Shown here: piece after piece, positions 20,070-30,362 of the stretch
How positions within the stretch are numbered: the first letter of the stretch is position 1
How the letters are laid out: each line of letters opens with the position of its first letter
Assembly: GCA_043745805.1 (NCBI GenBank)
Contig: JAYTSD010000004.1
Coordinates: 128,001 to 192,000, forward strand
Direction of reading: 5' to 3'
Source: Fibrobacteria bacterium
GTDB taxonomy: Bacteria; Fibrobacterota; Fibrobacteria; UBA11236
Length of the DNA: 64,000 nucleotides
Program-made: the position numbers and the translations under genes
Notes under the pieces: generated by a model
The model's input: only the letters and a program-made list of their open reading frames with translations
Databases searched by the model: none
Told to the model about the DNA's origin: nothing

Positions 20070-22556
20070 TTAATCCTCGGAAAATGCAATAGTAACCGCG
20101 GGAGCATTCCAAATGTCTTTATTATACTCTGCAATAGTGCGATCGGAAGAAAATTTTCCCATACGCGCCACATTTAAAATGGCTTTTTCCGTCCATAAGT
20201 CCTGATTTTGATACATATCACTCACCTTTTGTTGACAAGCTATATAATCGGCAAAATCCGCCATCAACATATATTCATCCGTAGCAATCAAACTATCAAT
20301 CAAGGGTAGGAATAATTGAGGATCCTCGGGTGCGAAATAAGTCGTGCGGAAAAGATCCATAACGGCCATTAAACGTGGATCTTTGTTCAAGTATTCTACG
20401 GGTTTATAACCTGATGCTTTTTTAGCAAAAACTTGTTCTGCCGTAAGTCCAAAGATGAAAATATTTTCATCCCCTACTTCTTCTTTTATTTCAATATTTG
20501 CGCCATCCAGCGTACCTATGGTTAAAGCCCCATTAATAGAAAACTTCATGTTACCTGTACCACTGGCTTCTTTACCTGCTGTAGAAATTTGTTCGGATAA
20601 ATCGCTAGCAGGAAAAATCTTTTCCGCTAAAGAAACACGATAGTTTTCCAAATAAATCACTTTGAGAATATCCCGCGTTTCTGGATCATTATTAACCACG
20701 TCCGCTACGGAGCACATAAGCTTAATCATCAGCTTGGCCATTTGATAGCCTGGTGCAGCCTTACCACTGAAAATAAAAGTACGCGGCTGAACCTTATGGC
20801 CTGCTTTAATTTCATTGTACAAATGAATCACATGTAACACATTTAAAGTTTGGCGTTTGTATTCATGAATACGTTTAATTTGTACATCGAATAAAGTATC
20901 GGGATTTAAAACTATATCTTGCGATTGCAAAACATATTCCGCGAGTAAAACTTTATTATGACGCTTCACCACTTGCCATTTACGAATTAATTCTTTGTCT
21001 TTAGCAAACTTTTCCAATTTGTTAATTTGACTAAAGTCTTTAATCCATCCGTCACCAATATATTCCGTAATCAAATTGGATAAACCCTTATTGGATTTAG
21101 CAAGCCAACGTCTTTGCGTAATCCCATTGGTTTTATTGTTGAACTTTTCGGGACTTAATTCATAAAAATCTTTGACTAAATGTGATTTAATTAAATCGGT
21201 ATGTAATTGAGCCACCCCATTTACCGAATGCGATCCCACAATAGCCATAAAGGCCATCCGGATAGAGCGTTCACCACCTTCTTCGATTAAAGACATGCGA
21301 CGTAAACGTTCAATATCATTCGGGTATTTCCAAGAGACTTGCTTGAGGAAACGATAATTTATTTCGAAAATAATTTGCAAATGACGAGGCAATAAACGAC
21401 CCAGTAATTCTACGGACCATTTTTCTAAAGCTTCCGGTAATAAAGTGTGATTGGTATAAGCAAATACGCTTTGCGTAATTGCCCATGCCTGTTCCCAAGA
21501 GAAGCCTTCCAAGTCGACTAAAATCCGCATCATTTCTGGAATAGAAATAGAAGGATGGGTATCATTTAATTGAATGGCCACTTTTTCATCCAGACGACTG
21601 CAATCTTTATGAATTTTTTTATGGCGACGAATAATATCATGCAAAGTTGCCGCGCACATAAAATACTGTTGCTTGAGACGTAATTCTTTGCCATTCATGG
21701 AGCTGTCATTAGGATATAATACTTTGGAAATACTTTCAGCCAAAGCAATATCCTTGCTTGCCTCTAAATAATCGCCACTATTAAAATAATGTAATCCAAA
21801 TTCATCCGCAGATTTCGCCGACCAAAGCCGCAAAGTATTAACCGTATTGTTACCGTAACCTGGAATGGGACTGTCATAAGGGCAAGCCAAAACATTTTCT
21901 GTATCGACCCATTCGAAAAGAGTCACGCCTTGGGGGTTTTTGCGCGAGACAACTCTTCCTTTAAAAGGAATCTCTACCGTGTATTCGGGACGTGCAATTT
22001 CCCAAGGATTGGTTAAGCGTAACCAATTATCGGGCAATTCTTGTTGAAAACCATTTTTAATCACCTGATGAAACATGCCATAATCATAACGAATTCCGTA
22101 TCCATATGCCGGCAATTCCAAAGTCGCCATCGAATCTAAAAAGCAGGCGGCTAAACGGCCTAAGCCTCCATTACCTAAACCTGCCTCTAACTCCAAATTA
22201 CGTAGCTCTTCGAGGTTGAGGCTCAGGTCATATAAAGCATTTTGTACTTCTTCTTCCAAGCCTAAATTGAGCAAGCTATTACCTAGAGAACGGCCCATCA
22301 AAAATTCCATGGAAATATAGTAGATGCGCTTTGCATCTTGACGGTAATAAGTCTGCTGCGTTTGTATCCAACGCTGTATCAGTCTATCTCTTACCGTATA
22401 GGCCAAAGCCAAATATTTATCATAAGCAGTTGCAGAATACTTGTCTTTGCCAAGGGAATATTTAAGATGATGAAAGAATGCTTCTTGAATACTTTCTTTC
22501 TGTGCGATTTCGCTAACAGGTTTTTCTTTGTCGATTGCTTTTGTTACTTTGCTCAT
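20070..22556 (-). CDS. glgP: Glycogen/alpha-glucan phosphorylase
   Basis: GLGNGGLGRLAAC, QLNDTHP, KRIHEYKRQ and the PLP-lysine motif EASGTGNMKF. Confidence 0.97.
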   Translation of the reverse strand: MSKVTKAIDKEKPVSEIAQKESIQEAFFHHLKYSLGKDKYSATAYDKYLALAYTVRDRLIQRWIQTQQTYYRQDAKRIYYISMEFLMGRSLGNSLLNLGLEEEVQNALYDLSLNLEELRNLELEAGLGNGGLGRLAACFLDSMATLELPAYGYGIRYDYGMFHQVIKNGFQQELPDNWLRLTNPWEIARPEYTVEIPFKGRVVSRKNPQGVTLFEWVDTENVLACPYDSPIPGYGNNTVNTLRLWSAKSADEFGLHYFNSGDYLEASKDIALAESISKVLYPNDSSMNGKELRLKQQYFMCAATLHDIIRRHKKIHKDCSRLDEKVAIQLNDTHPSISIPEMMRILVDLEGFSWEQAWAITQSVFAYTNHTLLPEALEKWSVELLGRLLPRHLQIIFEINYRFLKQVSWKYPNDIERLRRMSLIEEGGERSIRMAFMAIVGSHSVNGVAQLHTDLIKSHLVKDFYELSPEKFNNKTNGITQRRWLAKSNKGLSNLITEYIGDGWIKDFSQINKLEKFAKDKELIRKWQVVKRHNKVLLAEYVLQSQDIVLNPDTLFDVQIKRIHEYKRQTLNVLHVIHLYNEIKAGHKVQPRTFIFSGKAAPGYQMAKLMIKLMCSVADVVNNDPETRDILKVIYLENYRVSLAEKIFPASDLSEQISTAGKEASGTGNMKFSINGALTIGTLDGANIEIKEEVGDENIFIFGLTAEQVFAKKASGYKPVEYLNKDPRLMAVMDLFRTTYFAPEDPQLFLPLIDSLIATDEYMLMADFADYIACQQKVSDMYQNQDLWTEKAILNVARMGKFSSDRTIAEYNKDIWNAPAVTIAFSED

Positions 22557-22704
22557 AGCTACATCCTAACTTTATCCAAAATAATTCCTATTATCCTAGC
22601 ATTTACCGAGCCAAGATTTCCACATTCATTCCATCCGAAAGAAATGAGTTAAAAAAACTCATCGGAGTTGGCTTTCGATTTCATTTCAGTAGTATATTCC
22701 TGCG

Positions 22705-23460
22705 ATGTTATCATTAAATCCAATTTTTTTAGAGTTTACTCCGTTGGGGCTAGCCATTTCAACATGGAAGGAATCCCTCGCCCGAATAGAAAATAAAATC
22801 TCTGCGGAAGATTATGCGATTTTTTTGAGATTACACCAAAATTTTTCGGCTTATTCTTCGACAGGAACACTGACAAAATTTTACAACTTCGTTTATGTTC
22901 ATCAATTGCAATTCGAGATCAATGGACCGCGCCTATTACGCATTCAATGCCTGTTTGAAATCATTAAGCCCACTTTGCTCCAAAATCAAACTTACCTTGA
23001 TGTGGGTGCCGGTGCAGGAATATTTGGAGAATTAGTCCGTCAACAATTTAATCCCACTGCCTATTATATAACGGATATTGTACCTGCTGTTGAAACTTAT
23101 TTAGCCGGTCGCGGATTTAAAATTTGGAGACAACAAACAGCAAATATCCCATGCAACAAAATATTTTGCATAGATAGCTTAGGCGAAATAAATGCCGATG
23201 AAGATAAGCAATTATTAACCGCATTGGAACAGAATGCCCCTGATGCAGAAACATTGCTAATGGAAAGATATGGGCTCGAAGAGAAACTGAATTTATGGAA
23301 AAAATCACTGCACCCCGATGGAATACTTTATCTCAGCGAACCCGTTGCTAATGTGGAATTCTTTAAAATGCTTGCAAAAATTTTAACTCGATCCGGCTGG
23401 AAATGCGATTTAATCGAAGCTGGAGAGACTTTTCTGCTCAAACTTAAACCGAGCAATTGA
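22705..23460 (+). CDS. Putative class I SAM-dependent methyltransferase
   Basis: Motif I YLDVGAGAG and LHPDGILYLSE. Confidence 0.65.
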   Translation: MLSLNPIFLEFTPLGLAISTWKESLARIENKISAEDYAIFLRLHQNFSAYSSTGTLTKFYNFVYVHQLQFEINGPRLLRIQCLFEIIKPTLLQNQTYLDVGAGAGIFGELVRQQFNPTAYYITDIVPAVETYLAGRGFKIWRQQTANIPCNKIFCIDSLGEINADEDKQLLTALEQNAPDAETLLMERYGLEEKLNLWKKSLHPDGILYLSEPVANVEFFKMLAKILTRSGWKCDLIEAGETFLLKLKPSN

Positions 23461-23516
23461 TTTCACATTATTGTTTTTATATTTGTAGACATTAATCATT
23501 AAAAAAGGACATCATT

Positions 23517-24107
23517 ATGGCAGTACTAGTAGCAAAAGAAGCCCCCGATTTTATCGCAGCAGCTGTGGTTGACGGTAACAAATTTGACAATGAATTCAAA
23601 TTATCGAGTTTTCGTGGGAAAAAATACGTGGTATTATTCTTTTATCCTCTCGATTTCACCTTTGTTTGTCCTACGGAACTACATGCTTTTCAAGAGCAAT
23701 TAAAAGAATTCGAAGCCCGTAATACGGTGGTTGTAGGCGTTTCTGTTGATTCCAAACATACGCATTTGGCTTGGCTCAATACCCCAAAAAATCAAGGCGG
23801 TATTCAAGGTATTACTTATCCAGTCGTTTCCGATTTAAGCAAAAAAATCGCTGCTGATTATGATGTTTTAAAAGGTGGCGAATTAGCTTTCCGCGCTACT
23901 TTTATCATAGATAAGAATGGTATTGTGCAATCCGAACAAGTGAACAACAATGACTTAGGTCGCAATGTTAATGAGACCTTACGTTTAATCGATGCTTTGC
24001 AATTCAGCGAAGAACATGGCGAAGTTTGTCCTGCAAATTGGACTAAAGGCGACAAAGCTATGAAACCTAATCGTGATGGCGTTCAAGCCTATTTTAATAA
24101 CAAATAA
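23517..24107 (+). CDS. ahpC: 2-Cys peroxiredoxin (AhpC/TSA)
   Basis: FYPLDFTFVCPTE and GEVCPANW. Confidence 0.93.
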   Translation: MAVLVAKEAPDFIAAAVVDGNKFDNEFKLSSFRGKKYVVLFFYPLDFTFVCPTELHAFQEQLKEFEARNTVVVGVSVDSKHTHLAWLNTPKNQGGIQGITYPVVSDLSKKIAADYDVLKGGELAFRATFIIDKNGIVQSEQVNNNDLGRNVNETLRLIDALQFSEEHGEVCPANWTKGDKAMKPNRDGVQAYFNNK

Positions 24108-24126
24108 TTAAAACTATTTATTGTGT

Positions 24127-24155
24127 AAAAAAGCCCGCTATCAGCGGGCTTTTTT
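24127..24155. terminator. Bidirectional intrinsic terminator
   Basis: AAAAAA-GCCCGCT-ATC-AGCGGGC-TTTTTT between the convergent ahpC and hisG. Confidence 0.92.
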
Positions 24156-24202
24156 ATTTTCTCTTTGCGAGTATGGGTTTTAAAAAACTAATTCGCTCCA
24201 AA

Positions 24203-25045
24203 TTAAATGCGCGCACTTTCGATGGACATTAAAATAATCCCTTTGCAACCAAGCTTCGCGAGTTCATCTAATTTATGATGGGCTTCTTTTTTACGAATCA
24301 TCGCTTTAATGGAAAGCCATTCTTTGTTTTGTAAAGGAATTACCGTAGGGGATTCAATACCTGGAGTGAGTTGACAGGCCGCATGTAAAAGGCTTGCAGG
24401 GCAGTCATATTCTACCATCATATAAGCAGAAGCTAAAAGTTTTCCTTCTAAGCGATTTTTCAACACTAAGATTTCGGCTTGAAGCTCTCTACCCGGATGT
24501 GCATACAAGGCGGCTTGTGAATGAAATAAAGGTTCACCGATTATTTCCAAACCCGCTTGCTTTAAAGTGGTCCCAGTTTCCACAATATCAATAATGGCAT
24601 CAGCAATTCCCAACTTAATAGAGATTTCCACCGCCCCTTCAAGCTCCACTAAATTATCATGTCCACCAAAAAATTGCCGAGTAATATTTACAAACGATGT
24701 TGCAATGGTATTATGCTTCAAATCTTTTACCATCAAACCCTTAGCCTTCTCGGCGGGAACAGCTGCACAAAGTTTAGAATGCGCGTAATTAAGATCCAGT
24801 AAATGCACTGGACTCACCCCTTTTTCGGCAACAAAGTCTTTTCCGGTTATACCCGCATCGAGTAAACCATTCGCTACATAAACAGGAATATCGCCGGGAC
24901 GTAAAAAATAAAATTCGATTTGATGTTCACTATCAAGAGTACTCAAGCTGCGCAATGACTTATTGACTTTATAGCCACAAGCCGAAAGCATATCCATAGT
25001 GGGTTCAAACAATTGACCCTTATTTGGCAAAGCAACTTTAATCAT
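24203..25045 (-). CDS. hisG: ATP phosphoribosyltransferase, long form
   Basis: VALPNKG, LRPGDIP, GITGKD, GAVE and DIVETGTTL, plus a C-terminal regulatory domain (PGIESPTV). Confidence 0.95.
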   Translation of the reverse strand: MIKVALPNKGQLFEPTMDMLSACGYKVNKSLRSLSTLDSEHQIEFYFLRPGDIPVYVANGLLDAGITGKDFVAEKGVSPVHLLDLNYAHSKLCAAVPAEKAKGLMVKDLKHNTIATSFVNITRQFFGGHDNLVELEGAVEISIKLGIADAIIDIVETGTTLKQAGLEIIGEPLFHSQAALYAHPGRELQAEILVLKNRLEGKLLASAYMMVEYDCPASLLHAACQLTPGIESPTVIPLQNKEWLSIKAMIRKKEAHHKLDELAKLGCKGIILMSIESARI

Positions 25046-25302
25046 AATTTACGATACACTTCTTCGAGGGTGAGATTTTTTTCGGCCATCATACAGGCCA
25101 CATAATATAAAACTTGGGAGAGTTCTAAAGCAAGGTCGTCTTGACCTTCGAAGCGTGCGGCCATCCAACTTTCAGCGGCTTCTTCCACCAATTTTTTACC
25201 AATGCCATGCGCCCCTTTCTCAAATAAAGCGGTAGTCGATTTTCCCTCGGGCATTTCCAGCTTACGCGATTTAGCTAATTCTACTATTTCTTCAAAAGTC
25301 AT
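25042..25302 (-). CDS. hisE: Monofunctional phosphoribosyl-ATP pyrophosphatase
   Basis: GKKLVEEAAESWMAA and ELSQVLY..VYRKL; 4-bp overlap with hisG. Confidence 0.92.
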   Translation of the reverse strand: MTFEEIVELAKSRKLEMPEGKSTTALFEKGAHGIGKKLVEEAAESWMAARFEGQDDLALELSQVLYYVACMMAEKNLTLEEVYRKL

Positions 25303-25521
25303 GGGCAAAGAATAGCAAAAGTGCTTAGGAATGGAAATCTTTACCCTAGCTTTTACCGAACATAATGAAGTATTGTTATTGTTAAGTGTGCATTTTCGTT
25401 ACAGAAAAACTTGTCATATAAGTATGGAAGAAAGAGGGTTGGAATGATAGATTTATCCAAGAATCAGCAAACAGCTCTCGATCAAAAAAATCGTCCGCTA
25501 CAACCTAATCAGGAGCGAAAA

Positions 25522-25839
25522 ATGTGGGAGCCAGCTCCAATCACTGAACTCTATACCAAAATTATTCAATCCGAGAGTAAAATGACTGCACCGGAACATC
25601 GCTTCTGGAAAATGATAAAAATCGATCCAGAAAAATGGGCCCTTCATCCTGATGGTGATGGTGGCGGCGGATTTTGGGTAGTCGGTCTCTTAGGTAAATC
25701 GTGTATTTGGTACAATGATGTTGAACTTGGTTTTAATGCCACTGGCTACGACTATCAAGGCCAAATCAATGAATACCGCAATAGCCCCACGGAACTGATT
25801 GCCCTTATTCAAAGTTTTTTAATTGAATTCGAAAAATAA
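25522..25839 (+). CDS. Small hypothetical protein (Trp/Gly-rich motif)
   Basis: ATG at 25522 after an AGGAG SD; protein-like motif GGGFWVVG..CIWYNDVELGFN. Confidence 0.65.
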   Translation: MWEPAPITELYTKIIQSESKMTAPEHRFWKMIKIDPEKWALHPDGDGGGGFWVVGLLGKSCIWYNDVELGFNATGYDYQGQINEYRNSPTELIALIQSFLIEFEK

Positions 25840-25883
25840 GTTTTTTTAAGGTATTCTTCTAGTCTTCTAACTTAAGAGGGTTT

Positions 25884-26522
25884 ATGATTTTTCCCCAAAA
25901 TATCTTTTACGGTTTGTTATTTCTGTTATTCACTTATGCGTCGGCAAGCACTTCTGAATTAGCCAATTCCCTCATCAAAAAGTACGGGATGGAAAATTTT
26001 AAAAATGTTAAAGAAATTCATTTCACCTTTAATGGGAAGTTATTGGGCTTAGGACCCTCTCGCAGTTGGATTTGGAAGCCCCAAAGTGACAGCGTAACCT
26101 ATGTCGATGAGAAAAAAAGTTATTCACGTAAAACTATGGATTCCAGTTTCAAAGCTATTGATGCAAAATTTATTAATGATCAATATTGGTTAACGTTTCC
26201 TTTCCATTTGGCTTGGGATAAAGAAATTCGAATTACCCAAGAGGATAGTTTAATGGAATCGCCGATCAAGAAAGAAAAACTAAACAAATTAGTGATCACC
26301 TATGCTCAAGCTAAGGGATATACTCCCAATGATATTTACGAATTATTTATAACTCCCGAGGGAGAAATAAAAGAATGGATTTATTATAAACAAGGAAATA
26401 TGAAAGGGGGATACTCCTTTACCTGGGAAAAAACGGCCAACTTTTCAGGCTTACTCTTTTCCCAAGAACATAAAGGTCCTGCAGGTTTCCGAGTTTACTT
26501 TACCGATATTTTGGTAAAATAA
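25884..26522 (+). CDS. Exported hypothetical protein
   Basis: Signal peptide ending ASA; FINDQYWLTFPF and GYTPND motifs. Confidence 0.7.
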   Translation: MIFPQNIFYGLLFLLFTYASASTSELANSLIKKYGMENFKNVKEIHFTFNGKLLGLGPSRSWIWKPQSDSVTYVDEKKSYSRKTMDSSFKAIDAKFINDQYWLTFPFHLAWDKEIRITQEDSLMESPIKKEKLNKLVITYAQAKGYTPNDIYELFITPEGEIKEWIYYKQGNMKGGYSFTWEKTANFSGLLFSQEHKGPAGFRVYFTDILVK

Positions 26523-26535
26523 ACTCGCCGGCGAA

Positions 26536-28497
26536 TTAATCTTCTTCGGATGACCGTAACTTTGCGAGTACGGATAAATCTTCCAAGGTGGTCATATCCC
26601 CTTTACTCTCTACACCATTGGCGACATCGCGTAATAATCGACGCATAATTTTTCCCGAACGTGTTTTAGGTAAAGCATCAGAAAAATGGATTTGATCCGG
26701 CGCCGCGATAGGGCCAATGGTATTACGCACATGATTTTTTAAATCTTCTTTGACGCGATCACTTTTTTCCGCATGCTTGGCTAAGGTCACAAAGGCTGCT
26801 ATGCCTTCCCCTTTAATATCATGCTTAAAACCTACTACGGCGGCTTCAACCACGGCATCATGTCCTACTAAAGCACTTTCGACTTCCATAGTCGAAAGCC
26901 GATGACCCGATACATTAAGTACATCATCAATTCGGCCCAAAATCCATATATAACCGTCCTTATCCCGCACGGCACCGTCACCGGCAAGATACCACCCCTT
27001 TGCAGCAAAACGACTCCAATAGACTTCTTGAAATCTTTCATTATCGCCATATAAGGTCCGTAACATAGAAGGCCAAGGCTGCTTAATAACCAAAAATCCA
27101 CCTTGCCCCAAAGGCAACTCTTCACCTTTTTCATTGGCTATGGCGATTTCTACCCCAAAGAAAGGAAATGTCGCCGAACCTGGCTTGGTACTAGTTATGC
27201 CGGGCAGTGGTGTGATCATAATAGCGCCGGTTTCAGTTTGCCACCAAGTATCCACAATAGGACAGCGTTTCCCACCTATTACTTCATGATACCACATCCA
27301 GGCTTCAGGATTTATCGGCTCACCCACGGAACCAAGGAGACGTAAACTAGTTAAGTCATGTTTCTTGGGATGTTCATCTCCCCATTTCATAAAAGCACGA
27401 ATCGCCGTAGGCGCGGTATAAAAAATATTCACTTTATAACGTTCCACAATTTTCCACATGCGATCAAAGTCTGGAAAATTAGGGGCACCTTCATACATTA
27501 ATGTGGTCGCTCCATTATTAAGCGGCCCATAAATCACATAACTATGGCCGGTGACCCAACCAATATCGGCAGTACACCAGTAGGTATCTGCTTCTTTAAG
27601 ATCAAAAATGTACTTCGTAGTTAAGTACGTACCCACCATGTAACCTGCCGTACTATGCAAGATACCCTTAGGTTTACCCGTACTTCCCGAAGTGTATAAA
27701 ATATACAGAGGATGTTCGGCATCGAGTTCCGCAGCAGGGCAATGCGTGGAGGCATTCGCCATTAAATCGGCATACCAAAAATCGCGGCCGGTTTGCATTT
27801 CCACTTGATTCTTAGCGCGTTTTACCACCACACAGCTTTTCACGGTAACGGTTTGTTTTAAAGCTTCATCGACTACGGCTTTTAAAGGAATAATCGCTCC
27901 ACGACGAAATCCACCATCAGCCGTGATCACCATTTTGCAAGCACAGTCATTAATTCTATCCACTAAAGCTGGTGCCGAAAAACCTCCGAAGATGATAGAA
28001 TGCACTGCACCAATACGCGCACAAGCCAGCATGGCAATGGCCAGTTCAGGAATCATCGGCATATAAATCGCAATGGTATCGCCGGCAACAATGCCTTGTG
28101 CCTTAAGAACATTGGCGAATTGACAGACTTGAACATAAAGTTCTTGATAGGTGAGCATCACACGCTCACCCTCGGGTTCACCTTCCCATAAAATGGCGGC
28201 TTTATTTTTACGGGCCGTGGTTAAATGCCGGTCTAAGCAATTGTAAGTTAAATTGGTTTTACCTCCTTCAAACCATTTGGCGAAAGGAGGATTATCCCAA
28301 TTGCGAACTCGATCCCATTTTTTAAACCAATGTAATTGGCTGGCAATATCTCCCCAAAATTTTTCTGGATTTTGAATCGATTCTTGATATAACTTTTCAT
28401 ATTCGGCTTGAGAGGATAAGGTCGCTTGGGCTGTAAAAGCAGCGGGCGGAGCAAAGGTTCTGCTCTCATTCAAAACGCTTTCAATATTTCCTGACAT
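26536..28497 (-). CDS. acs: Acetyl-CoA synthetase
   Basis: [20 protein letters not shown] and [12 protein letters not shown]. Confidence 0.97.
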   Translation of the reverse strand: MSGNIESVLNESRTFAPPAAFTAQATLSSQAEYEKLYQESIQNPEKFWGDIASQLHWFKKWDRVRNWDNPPFAKWFEGGKTNLTYNCLDRHLTTARKNKAAILWEGEPEGERVMLTYQELYVQVCQFANVLKAQGIVAGDTIAIYMPMIPELAIAMLACARIGAVHSIIFGGFSAPALVDRINDCACKMVITADGGFRRGAIIPLKAVVDEALKQTVTVKSCVVVKRAKNQVEMQTGRDFWYADLMANASTHCPAAELDAEHPLYILYTSGSTGKPKGILHSTAGYMVGTYLTTKYIFDLKEADTYWCTADIGWVTGHSYVIYGPLNNGATTLMYEGAPNFPDFDRMWKIVERYKVNIFYTAPTAIRAFMKWGDEHPKKHDLTSLRLLGSVGEPINPEAWMWYHEVIGGKRCPIVDTWWQTETGAIMITPLPGITSTKPGSATFPFFGVEIAIANEKGEELPLGQGGFLVIKQPWPSMLRTLYGDNERFQEVYWSRFAAKGWYLAGDGAVRDKDGYIWILGRIDDVLNVSGHRLSTMEVESALVGHDAVVEAAVVGFKHDIKGEGIAAFVTLAKHAEKSDRVKEDLKNHVRNTIGPIAAPDQIHFSDALPKTRSGKIMRRLLRDVANGVESKGDMTTLEDLSVLAKLRSSEED

Positions 28498-28617
28498 AGG
28501 TACAGCCCTTCGATTTAAGAAAAAAAGTGATATTCTTTGGCGTAAAAATTAGCACAAAATATGCATAACCTACAGCCGCCTATCCCTTTTTTTATTCCCA
28601 CCAATTATCTTTAATTC

Positions 28618-28974
28618 ATGAATTGGATCAAAGTGGCAGGAACATTGGGATTTACCGGAGTGGCCTTAGGGGCCTTTGGAGCGCATGCCTTAAAAGCCAA
28701 GCTTCCGCCCGACATGTTAACGGTCTATCATACTGCTGTGCTTTATCATTTAATTCATGCCCTAGCCTTGCTCGCCTTGGCTTTTTATGGACGTAGCGCC
28801 AATGTTAACATTCAATTTGGGGCCATAGGTTTTTTAGGTGGTATCATTTTATTTTCGGGCAGTTTATACGCGCTCGCGCTGACGGGATTTAAACCATTAG
28901 GCGCGATTACTCCACTGGGAGGTTTATGCTTTCTCATTAGTTGGGCCTGGATTGTGCTTCGATTAAAAACATAA
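28618..28974 (+). CDS. DUF423 (YgdD-like) membrane protein
   Basis: LGAFGAH, YHLIHA, LFSGSLY and GAITPLGG. Confidence 0.9.
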   Translation: MNWIKVAGTLGFTGVALGAFGAHALKAKLPPDMLTVYHTAVLYHLIHALALLALAFYGRSANVNIQFGAIGFLGGIILFSGSLYALALTGFKPLGAITPLGGLCFLISWAWIVLRLKT

Positions 28975-28992
28975 TCTTGGGATTTTTTCTGC

Positions 28993-30333
28993 ATGGAAAA
29001 TTTCTCGATCTCGCGTTTCTCGTCCCCATCCATCTGTCCACCTTCTTTTAAAAACGCTTTTCGTTTTTGGCTCAAATTAGGTTTTATCAATTTCGGTGGG
29101 CCTGCGGCGCAAATTGCCATTATGCATCAAGAGCTAGTGGAAAAGAAAAAATGGATCGATGAAACACGTTTTTTATATGCGCTGAATTATTGCATGTTAC
29201 TCCCTGGCCCTGAGGCACAACAATTATCTATTTATATTGGCTGGCTCTTGCATGGCATACCCGGCGGCCTCTGTGCGGGTACCTTATTTGTGTTGCCAGC
29301 GGTTTTTGTATTATGGGGATTGAGTTATGCTTATGCGGCCTTCGGACATATTTTTTGGGTAGCGGGATTTTTTGCGGGATTAAAACCCGCCGCATTAGCG
29401 ATTGTAATATGCGCTTGCTTACGTTTAAGTAAAAGCTTAAGTAAAAAAGCTACACCCCAAAAAGCCACTTGGTTATTGGCCGCACTTTCTTTTATCGGAT
29501 TATTTTTTCTGCATATTCCTTTCCCGCTTATTATTGCTTGTGCAGCGGGCCTAGGATTTATCGATGCATGGAAAAGTTTGGGTTTATTTTCTTCCGGCTT
29601 AAAAGCTAACGCCTTGGATGAATCCTCGAATAAATTATCGGAGATTCACTCTCCTCTTAAAATAAATTATGGGAAAAATTATACTTGGAAAATTTTGAGT
29701 GTAGGATTGATGCTGTGGTTTTCACCTTTCTTGGCACTTTATTTGTGGAAAGATGCAGCAGCTATTTTGCGGCCCTTAGGTATTTTTTTTGGTAAGGCAG
29801 CGTTGGTTACTTTTGGTGGTGCTTATGCTGTTTTGCCTTATGTGGCCCAGCAGGCGGTAGAACATTATGCTTGGCTCAATGCCGATCAAATGTTAACGGG
29901 GCTGGGTTTAGCGGAAACCACACCAGGACCATTAATTATGGTGGTTCAATTTGTAGGGTTTATGGCGGCATGGAATCATCCTGGAGATTTGCCGGCTTGG
30001 TTAGCGGGATCGCTGGGAGCTTTTTTGACCACTTGGGTGACCTTTGTGCCAAGCTTCCTCTATATTTTTTTAGGAGCACCTTATGTGGAAAAATTACGCC
30101 AGAATAAAAATTTAAGCTCTGCTTTGACTGCCATTACAGCCGCGGTGGTCGGTGTTATTTTCAATTTATCCATTTGGTTTGGCTGGCATACGCTTTTTGT
30201 AAATGGGCATGCGGACTATTTTGCATTGTGCTTAAGTATTACTGCCTTCTTGGCGATTTGGAAATGGAAGTGGAATATTATCCCCGTAGTGATGTGCTGC
30301 GGGGTAATCGGTATGTTACGGTCTATCCTCTAA
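28993..30333 (+). CDS. chrA: Chromate efflux transporter, long-chain CHR family
   Basis: FGGPAAQIA, LLPGPEAQQ, TFGGAYAVL and ETTPGP. Confidence 0.92.
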   Translation: MENFSISRFSSPSICPPSFKNAFRFWLKLGFINFGGPAAQIAIMHQELVEKKKWIDETRFLYALNYCMLLPGPEAQQLSIYIGWLLHGIPGGLCAGTLFVLPAVFVLWGLSYAYAAFGHIFWVAGFFAGLKPAALAIVICACLRLSKSLSKKATPQKATWLLAALSFIGLFFLHIPFPLIIACAAGLGFIDAWKSLGLFSSGLKANALDESSNKLSEIHSPLKINYGKNYTWKILSVGLMLWFSPFLALYLWKDAAAILRPLGIFFGKAALVTFGGAYAVLPYVAQQAVEHYAWLNADQMLTGLGLAETTPGPLIMVVQFVGFMAAWNHPGDLPAWLAGSLGAFLTTWVTFVPSFLYIFLGAPYVEKLRQNKNLSSALTAITAAVVGVIFNLSIWFGWHTLFVNGHADYFALCLSITAFLAIWKWKWNIIPVVMCCGVIGMLRSIL

Positions 30334-30362
30334 ACCTTATCACCAAATTAAGCCACCAAATC

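Noticed and set aside
28537-28554. Sigma-54 promoter TTGGCG...TAGCA
   Set aside because: GG-to-GC spacing is 11 nt instead of the required 10.
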